Source: a virus. From it: DNA of 64,000 nucleotides. The notes under the pieces were generated by a model. That model was given only the letters and a program-made list of their open reading frames with translations. It made no database searches and was not told the DNA's origin. Below, piece by piece: positions 1 to 10,524 of the stretch; within the stretch, counting starts at the first letter, position 1, and each line of letters begins with the position of its first letter. The stretch is taken from positions 1 to 64,000 of IMG/VR virus record IMGVR_UViG_3300025853_000058; one strand, written 5' to 3'. Position numbers and translations under genes: made by a program.

Positions 1-86
1 TGGTTCACTCAGCAGTTGAAGAAATAAAATCAGAGGAAATGGATAAGATTACAAAGAAAGCGGAGAATGCTAAATATGGTCGATGA
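1..86 (+). CDS. 3' end of a gene upstream of the tape measure gene (possible tail assembly chaperone), partial
   Basis: Open frame VHSAVEEIKSEEMDKITKKAENAKYGR* ending at TGA 84-86; function inferred from position only. Confidence 0.4.
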   Translation, partial: VHSAVEEIKSEEMDKITKKAENAKYGR

Positions 87-1851
87 AATTCAACGGGCTT
101 CGAGTTCTTTAAAAGAACTCAATGATAATGCTTTAGCCGGTGAAAAGATTTTTTCCGGCTTTCTTGGCACAATGGTTGAAGTTGCTGCTGGAACGGAAGG
201 AGCAAGTAAAGCATGGACTACTTTAAGTCGTTTAACTTCTGGAAGCCCGATATGGAAATTACAGAACAAAGCAAGAGCATACCTTTCTATCTTGGCTGGT
301 TTTCAAGAAAGAGCGTTAAGAGCAGAAAACGCACAAAGAATGCAAAATAAAGCGGCTGTTGATGCTATTCTTAATGTTGATAAATTAACAGAAGAATATA
401 GAAAGTTAAAATTAGCCGCAGGTTCTTATAATAAAGAGCAAGAAGAAGCATTACAAAGCACTGTTGCTTTTTCCGAGGCCATTATTTCTGGTAAAAGTAA
501 AAGCGAAGCATATAAATTATCTCTTGCGTCTTTGGGTGATTTGGTAAAAAACAATTCAAAGGAAGTCAATACTTTTTTAGCGGCTAGAAAAAAAGCCGCA
601 AAGTTTGAAGAAAATCTACAAACGGCTAAAGGAAGAGGAAGAATAAAGGCTGGAATACAAAGCCAAAAAAGAAAAGCATATTCTATGCTAACGGGCGAAG
701 GTTTTAACACAGGTAGTGTTAAAGGTGAGAGAGAATCTGTAAAAGGTGTTTTAAAAGCGATAGTTGGTACGCTTACGCCAAAAAAAGAAGAAACTCCTTT
801 TAGTAAAATATTTAAACTTTATAAATCAAGAAGTTCCTTTAGTGAAACTGTTAGTAAATTTTCATTAAAATTCCAAAAGAGAATGCTTAAAGTAGTTATG
901 GGCCTACAACCTTTATTTAAAATGGCATTTAATTTCCTTATATATGCGATGTTAGGAATTTTAGCCTTCCTTGTTTTTGCTAAAGTGGCATATGATATTT
1001 TTGATATAATTAAAGACTTTGGGGCATTAGATGATATAAACGCCATTATAACTTCAGCGGTGAGCATAGTAGGTAATTTATTTACTATTATTGGTGCATT
1101 CTTAAGTGGTGACTTTGAAACAATACTTAGTTCAGGTTTAGCCATAGTCAATAGCGTAATTGATATTGCTTACAAAGCAGGATTACTAGCAGCAAAGGCG
1201 GGATTAGCGATTCTTGTAGGGTTATTTTATTCATTACTTGACTTTATGGATTACTTCTTTTTTCAAGAAGGATATAAAGTGGTACTTCCCGCACTCTATA
1301 AAATAGGAAAGTTCTTACTTGCCGCTTATTTTGTTAGATGGATAGCAGGTCAAGCACTATTACTATTAGGAATTTATGCCTTACCTATTGGAATGGCTAT
1401 TGTTATAGGAGCCGCTTTCTTAGCATTTTATAGAAAGGTTGCAGGACACCCTGTTTTAGAAATGATTGTTTTTGGAATGACGGCAATTATTGGAATTTTA
1501 GCCTTTGTTGCTGGAGGTTGGATTATAGCAGCAGGGGCATTTGTTGGATTATTATTGATGGGGCTTGCTAAAAAATTCAAGTTCTTTGCTAAAGCAACAG
1601 GTGGTACAAGTCACGGAGGAATGACACTTGTTGGAGAGCAAGGGCCAGAATTAGTCAATTTACCTGCTGGCGCACAAGTTAAAACCAATTCGCAAACAAA
1701 TAGAATGATGGGTGGAACTACCGTAAATAACTACATTACCATCAATGCAAAAGATACATCTAAGGCAGAAATGCGTAGGATTGCGACTGAACTCGGTAAT
1801 ATGATTAACACCAAGATGAATAGAACAGGTGCTACTCGAACAATGAGATGA
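67..1851 (+). CDS. Tail tape measure protein (probable start ATG 76)
   Basis: Ala/Lys-rich helical N-half, long hydrophobic segments, C-terminal GG...LVGEQGPELV motif typical of tape measure proteins. Confidence 0.75.
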   Translation: MLNMVDEIQRASSSLKELNDNALAGEKIFSGFLGTMVEVAAGTEGASKAWTTLSRLTSGSPIWKLQNKARAYLSILAGFQERALRAENAQRMQNKAAVDAILNVDKLTEEYRKLKLAAGSYNKEQEEALQSTVAFSEAIISGKSKSEAYKLSLASLGDLVKNNSKEVNTFLAARKKAAKFEENLQTAKGRGRIKAGIQSQKRKAYSMLTGEGFNTGSVKGERESVKGVLKAIVGTLTPKKEETPFSKIFKLYKSRSSFSETVSKFSLKFQKRMLKVVMGLQPLFKMAFNFLIYAMLGILAFLVFAKVAYDIFDIIKDFGALDDINAIITSAVSIVGNLFTIIGAFLSGDFETILSSGLAIVNSVIDIAYKAGLLAAKAGLAILVGLFYSLLDFMDYFFFQEGYKVVLPALYKIGKFLLAAYFVRWIAGQALLLLGIYALPIGMAIVIGAAFLAFYRKVAGHPVLEMIVFGMTAIIGILAFVAGGWIIAAGAFVGLLLMGLAKKFKFFAKATGGTSHGGMTLVGEQGPELVNLPAGAQVKTNSQTNRMMGGTTVNNYITINAKDTSKAEMRRIATELGNMINTKMNRTGATRTMR

Positions 1852-1855
1852 TATT

Positions 1856-2488
1856 ATGGGCTATGTATATTTAAAAACACAAGCATACAGTGGCAGTGAC
1901 TTGTCCATTAACACAATACCATTAGATGTTTCTAGTGTTGGAATAAGTGTTTCTAAAACAATTCCTGCTTTCCCTGTTCCATTATCAGGTGTTGCTGTTG
2001 GCGAGTCTATTACTGCGGCTTTAGATTTAGGAATGGCAACAAAAAACATTTCTTTAAGTGGTACAATAACAGATACTTCAATTACAAAAACAATTGGAGG
2101 AACAAATACAACATTAACATTTACAGCACACGAAGTTGCACAAATGATTGCGGCTGGTGTTGATTCGACAGGTTTTGCTAAGAACCAAGCCTTTTCTGAA
2201 TTAGTTATTTTAATGCCATCATTTGTTGATAGTGAGTATTCTGCAAGAGCAGGAATAGACACAACTGATAGAAGTACGGGAACTTTAATTCCATTAACAT
2301 TCGGTTCAAGAGGTGGAGCAAATTCAAAGGATAATTTAGGCGTTCCCACTCCATTCTCAACATTTCCAGATGCTTCTACTGATATTGGCTTAACAGGATT
2401 CGTTAGAAGTTTTACTTGTAATTTTGAAGCAGAATCCTTTGATTTGACTTTTAGTTTAGAGTTTGAAGTTGCAAGTATTGTTCCTTGA
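1856..2488 (+). CDS. Tail protein (distal tail/hub-like)
   Basis: Directly follows the tape measure gene; S/T/G-rich beta-type composition. Confidence 0.5.
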   Translation: MGYVYLKTQAYSGSDLSINTIPLDVSSVGISVSKTIPAFPVPLSGVAVGESITAALDLGMATKNISLSGTITDTSITKTIGGTNTTLTFTAHEVAQMIAAGVDSTGFAKNQAFSELVILMPSFVDSEYSARAGIDTTDRSTGTLIPLTFGSRGGANSKDNLGVPTPFSTFPDASTDIGLTGFVRSFTCNFEAESFDLTFSLEFEVASIVP

Positions 2489-2497
2489 GGTGATTAA

Positions 2498-3601
2498 ATG
2501 TACGATGTATTAACAGGAAAACAAAGAGCATTAGTGTTCCCTGTTATGTGTAATGCAGATGTTAAGATTGATTACTCAGACAATGTTCCAGATTCAGCAG
2601 ATGATGTTGGTTATGGTATTTGGTCGCATGGTGGTGACTTTACCTTTGAGGCCATTGTGACTCCTTATGATATTAATGGGGCCGCTATTGCATCTTTAAG
2701 AGGAAGAACATTAAGCAATACTAAAAAAATAATGCCACATGCTGCTTCAAGTTCACAAAGCAATAGATACCTCCCAATAGCAGATGCTCTTACCCATGAA
2801 ATGAGAATCTTTTCTAGCACTAATTTTTACATTTCTCTTAAAAATGCAACGACAACCAATGCAAATCAACCTGCTGAATATAAAATTTTAGTTGGAATAA
2901 AATTAAGTAGTGGTGCAGTTCAAGAATTTACTACCGATAATGTTGTTATTATACCAACTAAGGATAGGGCTTGGACTTACACTTCAACAGGATTATATGG
3001 ATTTAATGAAGAAGGAAGAATTGAATATGATTTTGCCGCACTTGTGGATTCAAACTTTTCTTCGGGTGGAACTACAATTAGTTGTTCTTCGGTTGTTTCC
3101 GATACCATCTCCGAAGGTGAGCCGTTGTTCATCCGAGATGGGTACGATTTTACGGCCATAGGGACCGTTTCTTCGACTGATACCTCCGCCAACACCATCA
3201 CACTCGGCAGTGCCTACAATGCCGATATTTCCTCATCAACTCAATTACTACGAAGGACTTATGCCGACCCAACCTATATCAACAATTCATTTCATATCGC
3301 TTGCACCTATGATGAAACTGCTAAAGAATTAAACATTTACTTTAATGGCTTATTGGTTAAAACTGGAACTCATGCACAGTCCGGTACATTTTCATTTGAA
3401 GATGAAGATTTATTTATTGGGGCCAATGGTAATAGAGAAGTTGGTATGAGTTCAGCAATAGATAACAAACAATTTATGGGAGAAATGCATGAAATGTGTT
3501 TAACCTCAGTAATTCGCAGACGCTTTCCATCTATTACTAATTTACACCCGAATTATAACGATACATTATTTTACTTTAGATTTGAAGAGGTGGACTTATG
3601 A
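2498..3601 (+). CDS. LamG/concanavalin A-like domain virion protein
   Basis: FTFEAIV...HIACTYD...IYFNG...LFIGA...FMGEMHEM pattern of LamG_3 domains. Confidence 0.75.
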   Translation: MYDVLTGKQRALVFPVMCNADVKIDYSDNVPDSADDVGYGIWSHGGDFTFEAIVTPYDINGAAIASLRGRTLSNTKKIMPHAASSSQSNRYLPIADALTHEMRIFSSTNFYISLKNATTTNANQPAEYKILVGIKLSSGAVQEFTTDNVVIIPTKDRAWTYTSTGLYGFNEEGRIEYDFAALVDSNFSSGGTTISCSSVVSDTISEGEPLFIRDGYDFTAIGTVSSTDTSANTITLGSAYNADISSSTQLLRRTYADPTYINNSFHIACTYDETAKELNIYFNGLLVKTGTHAQSGTFSFEDEDLFIGANGNREVGMSSAIDNKQFMGEMHEMCLTSVIRRRFPSITNLHPNYNDTLFYFRFEEVDL

Positions 3602-6600
3602 CATTAGATGTATTTAATGAAGGTATGTTCGTCGCAACAAGCCAACCAAGTTCGGGAACAGTTGCCTCCTATAATTTTGATGTTCCTACAAATCCAGTAA
3701 TGACTACTCTCTCTACATCATTTACAAGTGGAGATGTTTTATTTTCTGCCATATATACCGATGATAGTGAAGAAAGTGCTTTTAATGAAGTAATAAGTAG
3801 TGCTACATTACAAGCAGAATACGAAAATCTATCAGTGACAAAAGGATTCAATATTCATTGTTTTGATACTGTTTCTTCAACAGGTGTTAGTTTAGCGACA
3901 ATAGATGCCGCAACCGGCTCACCTAATATAAACACTCACTATTACTTTGTTTTAATTCATTCCGACGACCATCTAAAACATCATTTTGCTAGAATTACAG
4001 AAATTAAAACTAGTGATGTATTAGGTGACTCTTTTGACTTTGAGCCAAAATTAGGAAATGAAATTGCTCAAGGAACTAAATTTAAATTATACAAAGGGCC
4101 GGCAATTACTTCAAAGGGCGTTGCTTTTTCAGCAGGTATTAAGCAAGACCTAAAGACTTCATTACAAGTAGCAAGACCTCACTTTTGGTTTGTTAATGAT
4201 TCTTTAGATAAAGATAATCAATTAGACCACAATACTAAATATTTTGCTAGAATAGATGGCGAGGGTGACGGAAGTAGCATTACATTAAATACTGCGGCAA
4301 ATAGAGTTGCATTCCTAACAGTTTCCGATTATAAAGAAAAGGTAGTTGATTACAGTAAATTTTCATTAAACGCCACTAGCCATGACACTTTAGAAAGACT
4401 AGATTATTTATTTCATAAGTATGGTAATACCTTTACTGCTACAACAGTAGCCGGTTCTGCTGAACTTACAATTACCGGCGGTAGTATGGATTCTACACTA
4501 ATGTTCAAAGGTTTATCATTACAAGGAACAGGTATTAAAACAGGAACTAGTGGAACAGGAACAAATAAGTTCTTGTCTTTAGATTCAAGTAGTTCAACTA
4601 ATAAAATAATTATGGAATTTGCAGCACATGGTAGTGCGACAATTACTGTGACAATGTTTGATAACGAAAGGTCTAATATTGGAACTGATGATGCAGATTA
4701 TGATAATTATATTGAACATGCAAATAGAGATGTTGCTGATGCTGATGCAAAGAATGACTTATCCGGCCCTACAAGATATTTACATTATGATTACTCTCCA
4801 ACTAAAAACAATTCTACTATTAATGTTGTTGATTTAGAAGTTCAAGAATCTATTGGCAACAAATCAAGTTATGCTGATTTAAAAATCTCCGACCCTTATC
4901 GTATCTTATCAAAGAAAATAATTAACTATGATGCCTTGCGAATAAGGCAAATGGTTCATAGGGGCGACTTTAATGATTGGATTTCATTTGGAGCAACAAT
5001 AACTTCATACACCTCTAAGAATGGTAGTAATCAACCACTTTATGCTATAAACACTCCTGTTGATTTAAGAGATTATTTAAATGTTAATGATGAAGTTTTA
5101 ATCAATTCTAGAGTAATGATTGTGGTTGATTTAGATGCATCAAATCTTAGATTTAGGACTGAGAGTAGATTAGAAACAGAATCTATATTTACTACTTCCA
5201 CTAACTTAGAATCAATTGCGGCAGATACTGAAATTTATAGAAGAGCATGGAATACAACAGATGGTACTCTTTTGACAGGAATGAAAATGATTGATGGTAG
5301 AGAGGGCGGTTTAACTATTTCTTTAATCAGTGATGAGTTTTCTCAATTAGAGGCAACAGTCACTTCGTATGTTTCTCAAACTGGATTATTAACCATATCT
5401 CTATTTAATCAAGGCTACGATACTAAGACAGCATTAGATAAAATGTCTGGGCAATATATGATTTACAATGAAAAATTAAATGGTAGGATTACAAACCTCA
5501 AACAAGAAAAAGTTGATGGTGCTACCATAATGAATATCAATGGTGCTGATAAACTTAAAGAATTACTTGACCCAATTATAGAAAAAAATACATTGTTCTC
5601 AAAAGATATTGTGTATTCAACGGACAGCCCATATAATAAAGTCACAGCATTAGGAGCAAATGCAACAACTGAATTTACAAACAATACTTTGACTTTAAGT
5701 GGAAGCACTACACTAATTACAGGGGATAAAATATTTGCTAAGACGACTAGTGGCTCAATGGTATATCTTGGAGAAATATCTTCCGGTGGAACAGGAACTT
5801 CCTTTTCATTTACTACTACCTGTAAAGGAGAAGTAGACACTAAAGCAGCATATAAAGCGTCAACAAAATATACGGTATTCAATAAAGCATTATCTTCTAA
5901 TGCATTTGTTTCTTCTGCTACTAGTCTTTATGGTACTGCAAATAAAGGTCTTTTCTTTGAAAGTGGTACTACATTAGTGGATGGCGTCGAAACTGTTTCT
6001 CTTCCACCATCTTCTATAAATACTACTAATCCAAAATCAAGGGGATATTACTTAAGTGAAGCAAAGAACATGAAATCAGATAATCTCTTCCAAGCAAGAT
6101 TAGATGATAATGCTTCAAGTAAATCATATTCCACCTTTGATACAGTTAATACACTTATTGATTTTAATATTCTTTCTATTCAAGAAGTAGAAGGAAACCA
6201 AGTTATTGAAATCGCTCCACACATTCCATTAACATTGGCTAGAGTAGATAATAACTTCGGTAATACACAAGATATTGATGTTAAAATTCCTTTAGGGACT
6301 TTAAGTTCTGCGGCTGTTGCTTCCAGTGGGAATACCTATTTAGAAACAACTTCAATTCTTAGTTTATCTAGCACAACATTCCCAAGAAGGTATCATGGAA
6401 AGCCTTTGTATATTTCTGATGTTTTTGCAGGATTCATAGTACAAGCCAATTATTTTGGTGGCAACACTACAATTAGAATTTATATTGATAGAGTAATACC
6501 CGATGCAGATAATGGCTCTACATTACACACATTAGATGGTGGTTTGTTAAGAGATGGTAATTCTACGACAAATACTACAAATGAAACGACTAAATTAACT

Positions 6601-9600
6601 CATGAACTTTCAATATTAAATGGAGCGCATTTACACGGTGGTAAGATTATTGCACCTTTACACCCAAGTAGGAGCGCATCTTCAAGTGATGATGGAATGT
6701 ATAACATTCTGGATATACCTTATTATTTTAATACGGGTACTTATTCAAAAACATTTGCTGATAGAACAGGTGCTTCGTATTACAGAATTATTAACTTAGA
6801 AAAAGGTAATGTGAATAACATTAAATCCAAAGTGACCTCTTATGCTGCATTTGGTGATTTAACTTATTATGCAAGTATTATCAATAAGATTCCATATTAC
6901 GCTTCTTCATATAAATTTAATCCTGCTTTCTATATTGATAGTGGATTACAAGATAATTTAACGGGTGTCAATAAAACAGATAATCCAGTTCGAGCGCACT
7001 CATTGATACAAACTAGGGGTTATGTTCCACCAAGCGGTTCTAAATTCTTTGATACTATTGTTCATCCAACGGGTTCTGCCGCACTATATCTTTTACCGCC
7101 CGACCCCCATACTAACACAAGTGAATTAAAAACACCCTATGTAGCCAAAGACATTATTCAACAACCTGACCCTAAAGTAGCAAGAATGTTTTTATTCGTA
7201 AATTCTGACTTAAGAGCATATTCATCAACAAGAAAAGACAGTCTATTGTATTCTGGACAAACTAGAGATATTACTTCTTATAACCTTCTTGCATTAACCG
7301 AACCAATAACAACTGAATCTTCAAACCCAAAAGATAATACTGGTGTCACAACTAAAACAATAACACATAAAGATGGTAATTATTCATCGACTTCAATTAT
7401 ATCCAGCGACAAAACACTTTCTTCCTTAAATCGCTTTAGTATGATGCGTTTAACTGAACTTTGTTTTGATTGGGCATTTAACCAATTTGACCCAGAAAAT
7501 CCCCCTGCTGGTAATAAAACTCTTCCTGTGTTTTATTATCCACATGTTAGTATTGTTAGTTTAGGAAATATTTCTAGTATCAGTGGAACTCAAATTGATA
7601 TGACCGCCATTATTACTATTGCTAATGGTGATTATATCTTGGATAGTGAAGGAAGGTATATAGGTACGGTTTCCTCTAGTTCTACAATTTCAGGTAGTTT
7701 TACAAGAATCGTGACTACCGCCACAGCATATAAAACAAATGGTAATGCTTACTTTACTGGCGCAGGTGCTCAAAAAGTAATAGTTGCTACTGCTGAAGAA
7801 AAGGCTTTAATTTCTGGACATGGAGAAGTAGATACCTTTGTTAGATTTGGTAAAGAAATACACATGCTTAGAAGTGCAGTTATTAACAATGCTGATGATG
7901 CTGTTAATAATGATATAGAAGGATATGGCACAAAAAAATCAGACGGCAGTAGTGGGGGTAGTGAATGGTCCGACCATTACGGCGTTGCTTTAGGGCATCA
8001 AAGCGCACCTGCTACAAAAGACCACAATACTTATGCTCCAATAGGAATAGAAGGAGATAGCAAATTAGCAGAATCTTCAGCACTAGACCATCATCCATCT
8101 AAACTTTTCCAATTATTTGATGATTTAGATGATTTTACTGCCAATACAGATGCGGCAGGAGTGACAAGTGCTGATGAACTGTATATTAAAAGTTGGTTGC
8201 CTGTATTTTTAGATAGATTTAAAATAGAAGGAGGAAGTCAATTAGTTGATTCTGGAATGGTTGGTGCTGAAATAACCGGTGCCAATAAGTATAGAGATAG
8301 CACTTCAACAAATAAAATAGGATTAGTTGGATTTGCATTAAATGAAAAATTTGCAGATAAAGAAACCTTGGACCATTCTGCAAATATAACTTATTCTAAT
8401 ACAGCAGATGGAGCGATGTTAGCATTCAAACCAAGACTAAAAATAGATACAAGTGCTCATTATGATGGTTCTAATAGCCCAGATAAAGCAATAGGAGCAT
8501 CCGATATTATTAGGTATTTTATTCCTGCAAGTGGTGAACATACTTGGCTAAAGTTTGTTGATTTAACTGGAACATATTTAGCATCAACAATAGGTAAATA
8601 TGTGGATAGCGGTGGAACACAGGGAAGTTTAACCACAGGCCAAACTAAAAGTCTTAATGACGCAACTCCAACAACATTAGCATATGTTATTTCTCACGAA
8701 ATAGACCACAGCAACGGAACTGAAACTCACATTATTGTCACGGATAGAAGTTTAACAAGTGATTATTATAGAGTCCTTCAACCAAATCATACTTTTTCAT
8801 ATGATTATTCACCCAAAAAGATACAACTAAATACTCTTTCTTCTTCTTATACTAAAAAACCATACTCTCAAGAAATGTATAGTGGAATCAATGCATATCA
8901 ATTACAAAATGCTAAAGGAGATAGGGATTTACAAGGAAATAATGAAGGTATTTTATCAATGTATGTTTTAGTAGACATTGAAAATTTATCCTCAGATACA
9001 GAAACTGTTGTCACTACTGACTCAATGGATAACATATTAGAAAATAAAAGTGGAAAGTATTGTGTGAGTGACGGAGAAAATGTATATTCTACTGAACTAA
9101 CATATGAAAGCGTTTCTTCACATGAAAAGTTTATTTCCTTTTCACAAATTAAAGAAACAATTGGTGTAGTTTCAGTTTCGGAAATTACATCAATTACGGT
9201 TGGTGGAGAGTCACCAATTGACACCAATTCAAAAAGAGCCATGATTGGTTCTGTCGTTAGTATTTGCCAAGAAGCAGACGACCTCATAGAAGAATTGCTT
9301 GAAGAACAAGACACACCATTTACTATCACAAAAGAAACTTATCCTCTTTTCGTTGCTCCTAACTTTGACGGCATCAGTATCTTTGAAGCAATTAACTTCT
9401 TGCTAAGAAAGAAAGAACAGACCCTAATACAAAAGAATGAAACCTTTGAAATAAAACCAAAAGACTCATCTGGCTTTTACAATGACCTACTCATTAGCGA
9501 TAACGGCGATATTAGAATCTATGAATACGAAGTGTTAGATAGCACATTTGAAGAATACAATGAAATCATAGTCAATGGTAAATCTCACAAATCTAAGAAA

Positions 9601-10164
9601 CAAGACCTAAGAAGCGTTAAGAAGGTTGGAAGAAAAACACTCAAGGTCTTTGAAAGAAAACTAACAACTCAAGAAGAAGTTGATACGAGAGCAAAGGAAC
9701 TTCTTATTCTACATAAAGGCGACAATAAAAAACTTAGAATTAAAATAGGACATAATAATATAAGCCAAATACAAGTTGGTGATGTTGTCAATGTAGAAGT
9801 TAAACAGGAAAACATACCTAGAAATCAATACATCGTTTTAGAAATTACCCACCTAATGACCGGCTTACTTGAATTAGAATTAGGTAAATACAGCAAACAG
9901 TTAGAAGATAGATTTTCCGAACTTACTGTTGATGTTGATACTGCTCAGACATTACAGAATACTAAAAACAATGAGCAATCAACTGTTCTTGGTTTCTTAG
10001 AAACTGTTAAAATTAAACCAATTAGATTATTAGTTCGCAAACGAGCAACAACGGGTTCAATGACACTTGGATTCACGACAGCATTAAATACAGGAACAGC
10101 ACCACTTGGATTCACAGGTGGGGCCACAATCACCTATACAGACTTAGTGGAGGAAGAATTTTGA
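3598..10164 (+). CDS. Large tail tip / host-specificity protein (2188 aa)
   Basis: Ser/Thr-rich beta composition; C-terminal region (NEIIVNG...IQVGDVVNV...IVLEITH) resembles tail hub/Tal domains; lies in the tail module. Confidence 0.6.
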   Translation: MTLDVFNEGMFVATSQPSSGTVASYNFDVPTNPVMTTLSTSFTSGDVLFSAIYTDDSEESAFNEVISSATLQAEYENLSVTKGFNIHCFDTVSSTGVSLATIDAATGSPNINTHYYFVLIHSDDHLKHHFARITEIKTSDVLGDSFDFEPKLGNEIAQGTKFKLYKGPAITSKGVAFSAGIKQDLKTSLQVARPHFWFVNDSLDKDNQLDHNTKYFARIDGEGDGSSITLNTAANRVAFLTVSDYKEKVVDYSKFSLNATSHDTLERLDYLFHKYGNTFTATTVAGSAELTITGGSMDSTLMFKGLSLQGTGIKTGTSGTGTNKFLSLDSSSSTNKIIMEFAAHGSATITVTMFDNERSNIGTDDADYDNYIEHANRDVADADAKNDLSGPTRYLHYDYSPTKNNSTINVVDLEVQESIGNKSSYADLKISDPYRILSKKIINYDALRIRQMVHRGDFNDWISFGATITSYTSKNGSNQPLYAINTPVDLRDYLNVNDEVLINSRVMIVVDLDASNLRFRTESRLETESIFTTSTNLESIAADTEIYRRAWNTTDGTLLTGMKMIDGREGGLTISLISDEFSQLEATVTSYVSQTGLLTISLFNQGYDTKTALDKMSGQYMIYNEKLNGRITNLKQEKVDGATIMNINGADKLKELLDPIIEKNTLFSKDIVYSTDSPYNKVTALGANATTEFTNNTLTLSGSTTLITGDKIFAKTTSGSMVYLGEISSGGTGTSFSFTTTCKGEVDTKAAYKASTKYTVFNKALSSNAFVSSATSLYGTANKGLFFESGTTLVDGVETVSLPPSSINTTNPKSRGYYLSEAKNMKSDNLFQARLDDNASSKSYSTFDTVNTLIDFNILSIQEVEGNQVIEIAPHIPLTLARVDNNFGNTQDIDVKIPLGTLSSAAVASSGNTYLETTSILSLSSTTFPRRYHGKPLYISDVFAGFIVQANYFGGNTTIRIYIDRVIPDADNGSTLHTLDGGLLRDGNSTTNTTNETTKLTHELSILNGAHLHGGKIIAPLHPSRSASSSDDGMYNILDIPYYFNTGTYSKTFADRTGASYYRIINLEKGNVNNIKSKVTSYAAFGDLTYYASIINKIPYYASSYKFNPAFYIDSGLQDNLTGVNKTDNPVRAHSLIQTRGYVPPSGSKFFDTIVHPTGSAALYLLPPDPHTNTSELKTPYVAKDIIQQPDPKVARMFLFVNSDLRAYSSTRKDSLLYSGQTRDITSYNLLALTEPITTESSNPKDNTGVTTKTITHKDGNYSSTSIISSDKTLSSLNRFSMMRLTELCFDWAFNQFDPENPPAGNKTLPVFYYPHVSIVSLGNISSISGTQIDMTAIITIANGDYILDSEGRYIGTVSSSSTISGSFTRIVTTATAYKTNGNAYFTGAGAQKVIVATAEEKALISGHGEVDTFVRFGKEIHMLRSAVINNADDAVNNDIEGYGTKKSDGSSGGSEWSDHYGVALGHQSAPATKDHNTYAPIGIEGDSKLAESSALDHHPSKLFQLFDDLDDFTANTDAAGVTSADELYIKSWLPVFLDRFKIEGGSQLVDSGMVGAEITGANKYRDSTSTNKIGLVGFALNEKFADKETLDHSANITYSNTADGAMLAFKPRLKIDTSAHYDGSNSPDKAIGASDIIRYFIPASGEHTWLKFVDLTGTYLASTIGKYVDSGGTQGSLTTGQTKSLNDATPTTLAYVISHEIDHSNGTETHIIVTDRSLTSDYYRVLQPNHTFSYDYSPKKIQLNTLSSSYTKKPYSQEMYSGINAYQLQNAKGDRDLQGNNEGILSMYVLVDIENLSSDTETVVTTDSMDNILENKSGKYCVSDGENVYSTELTYESVSSHEKFISFSQIKETIGVVSVSEITSITVGGESPIDTNSKRAMIGSVVSICQEADDLIEELLEEQDTPFTITKETYPLFVAPNFDGISIFEAINFLLRKKEQTLIQKNETFEIKPKDSSGFYNDLLISDNGDIRIYEYEVLDSTFEEYNEIIVNGKSHKSKKQDLRSVKKVGRKTLKVFERKLTTQEEVDTRAKELLILHKGDNKKLRIKIGHNNISQIQVGDVVNVEVKQENIPRNQYIVLEITHLMTGLLELELGKYSKQLEDRFSELTVDVDTAQTLQNTKNNEQSTVLGFLETVKIKPIRLLVRKRATTGSMTLGFTTALNTGTAPLGFTGGATITYTDLVEEEF

Positions 10165-10523
10165 TAACTGACTTATTACGAGATAAACTTGCGGCCTATA
10201 TTTTAACTTTAGCAAATCACACAAATGCAGAAGGTGATGTTGGATTAGGTGGTAATTCAACAAGTCCAGCCGCAACCACATTAGATGTTCCTTTAGGTGT
10301 CACTACTTCACAATATGTCGCAACACGCTCCGGCGACAATGTAATTGAAATTAAAATAATGGTTGAAGGTGCAAACATTACAGGTAAAGTTATTCGTGAA
10401 GCAAGTTTCGGAGGAAACGATGGTTCAACTGATGAAATGTTATCAAGAGTTAATTTTGAAGGTGTTGGCCCTTTTGCGTCAAACGAACAATTAGAAATAT
10501 TTTTAATGTTAGAGGTGGAATAA
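10161..10523 (+). CDS. Tail/baseplate protein
   Basis: VGLGG...IREASF...MLSRV pattern resembles fibre-attachment proteins; translationally coupled to neighbours. Confidence 0.45.
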   Translation: MITDLLRDKLAAYILTLANHTNAEGDVGLGGNSTSPAATTLDVPLGVTTSQYVATRSGDNVIEIKIMVEGANITGKVIREASFGGNDGSTDEMLSRVNFEGVGPFASNEQLEIFLMLEVE

Positions 10524-10524
10524 G

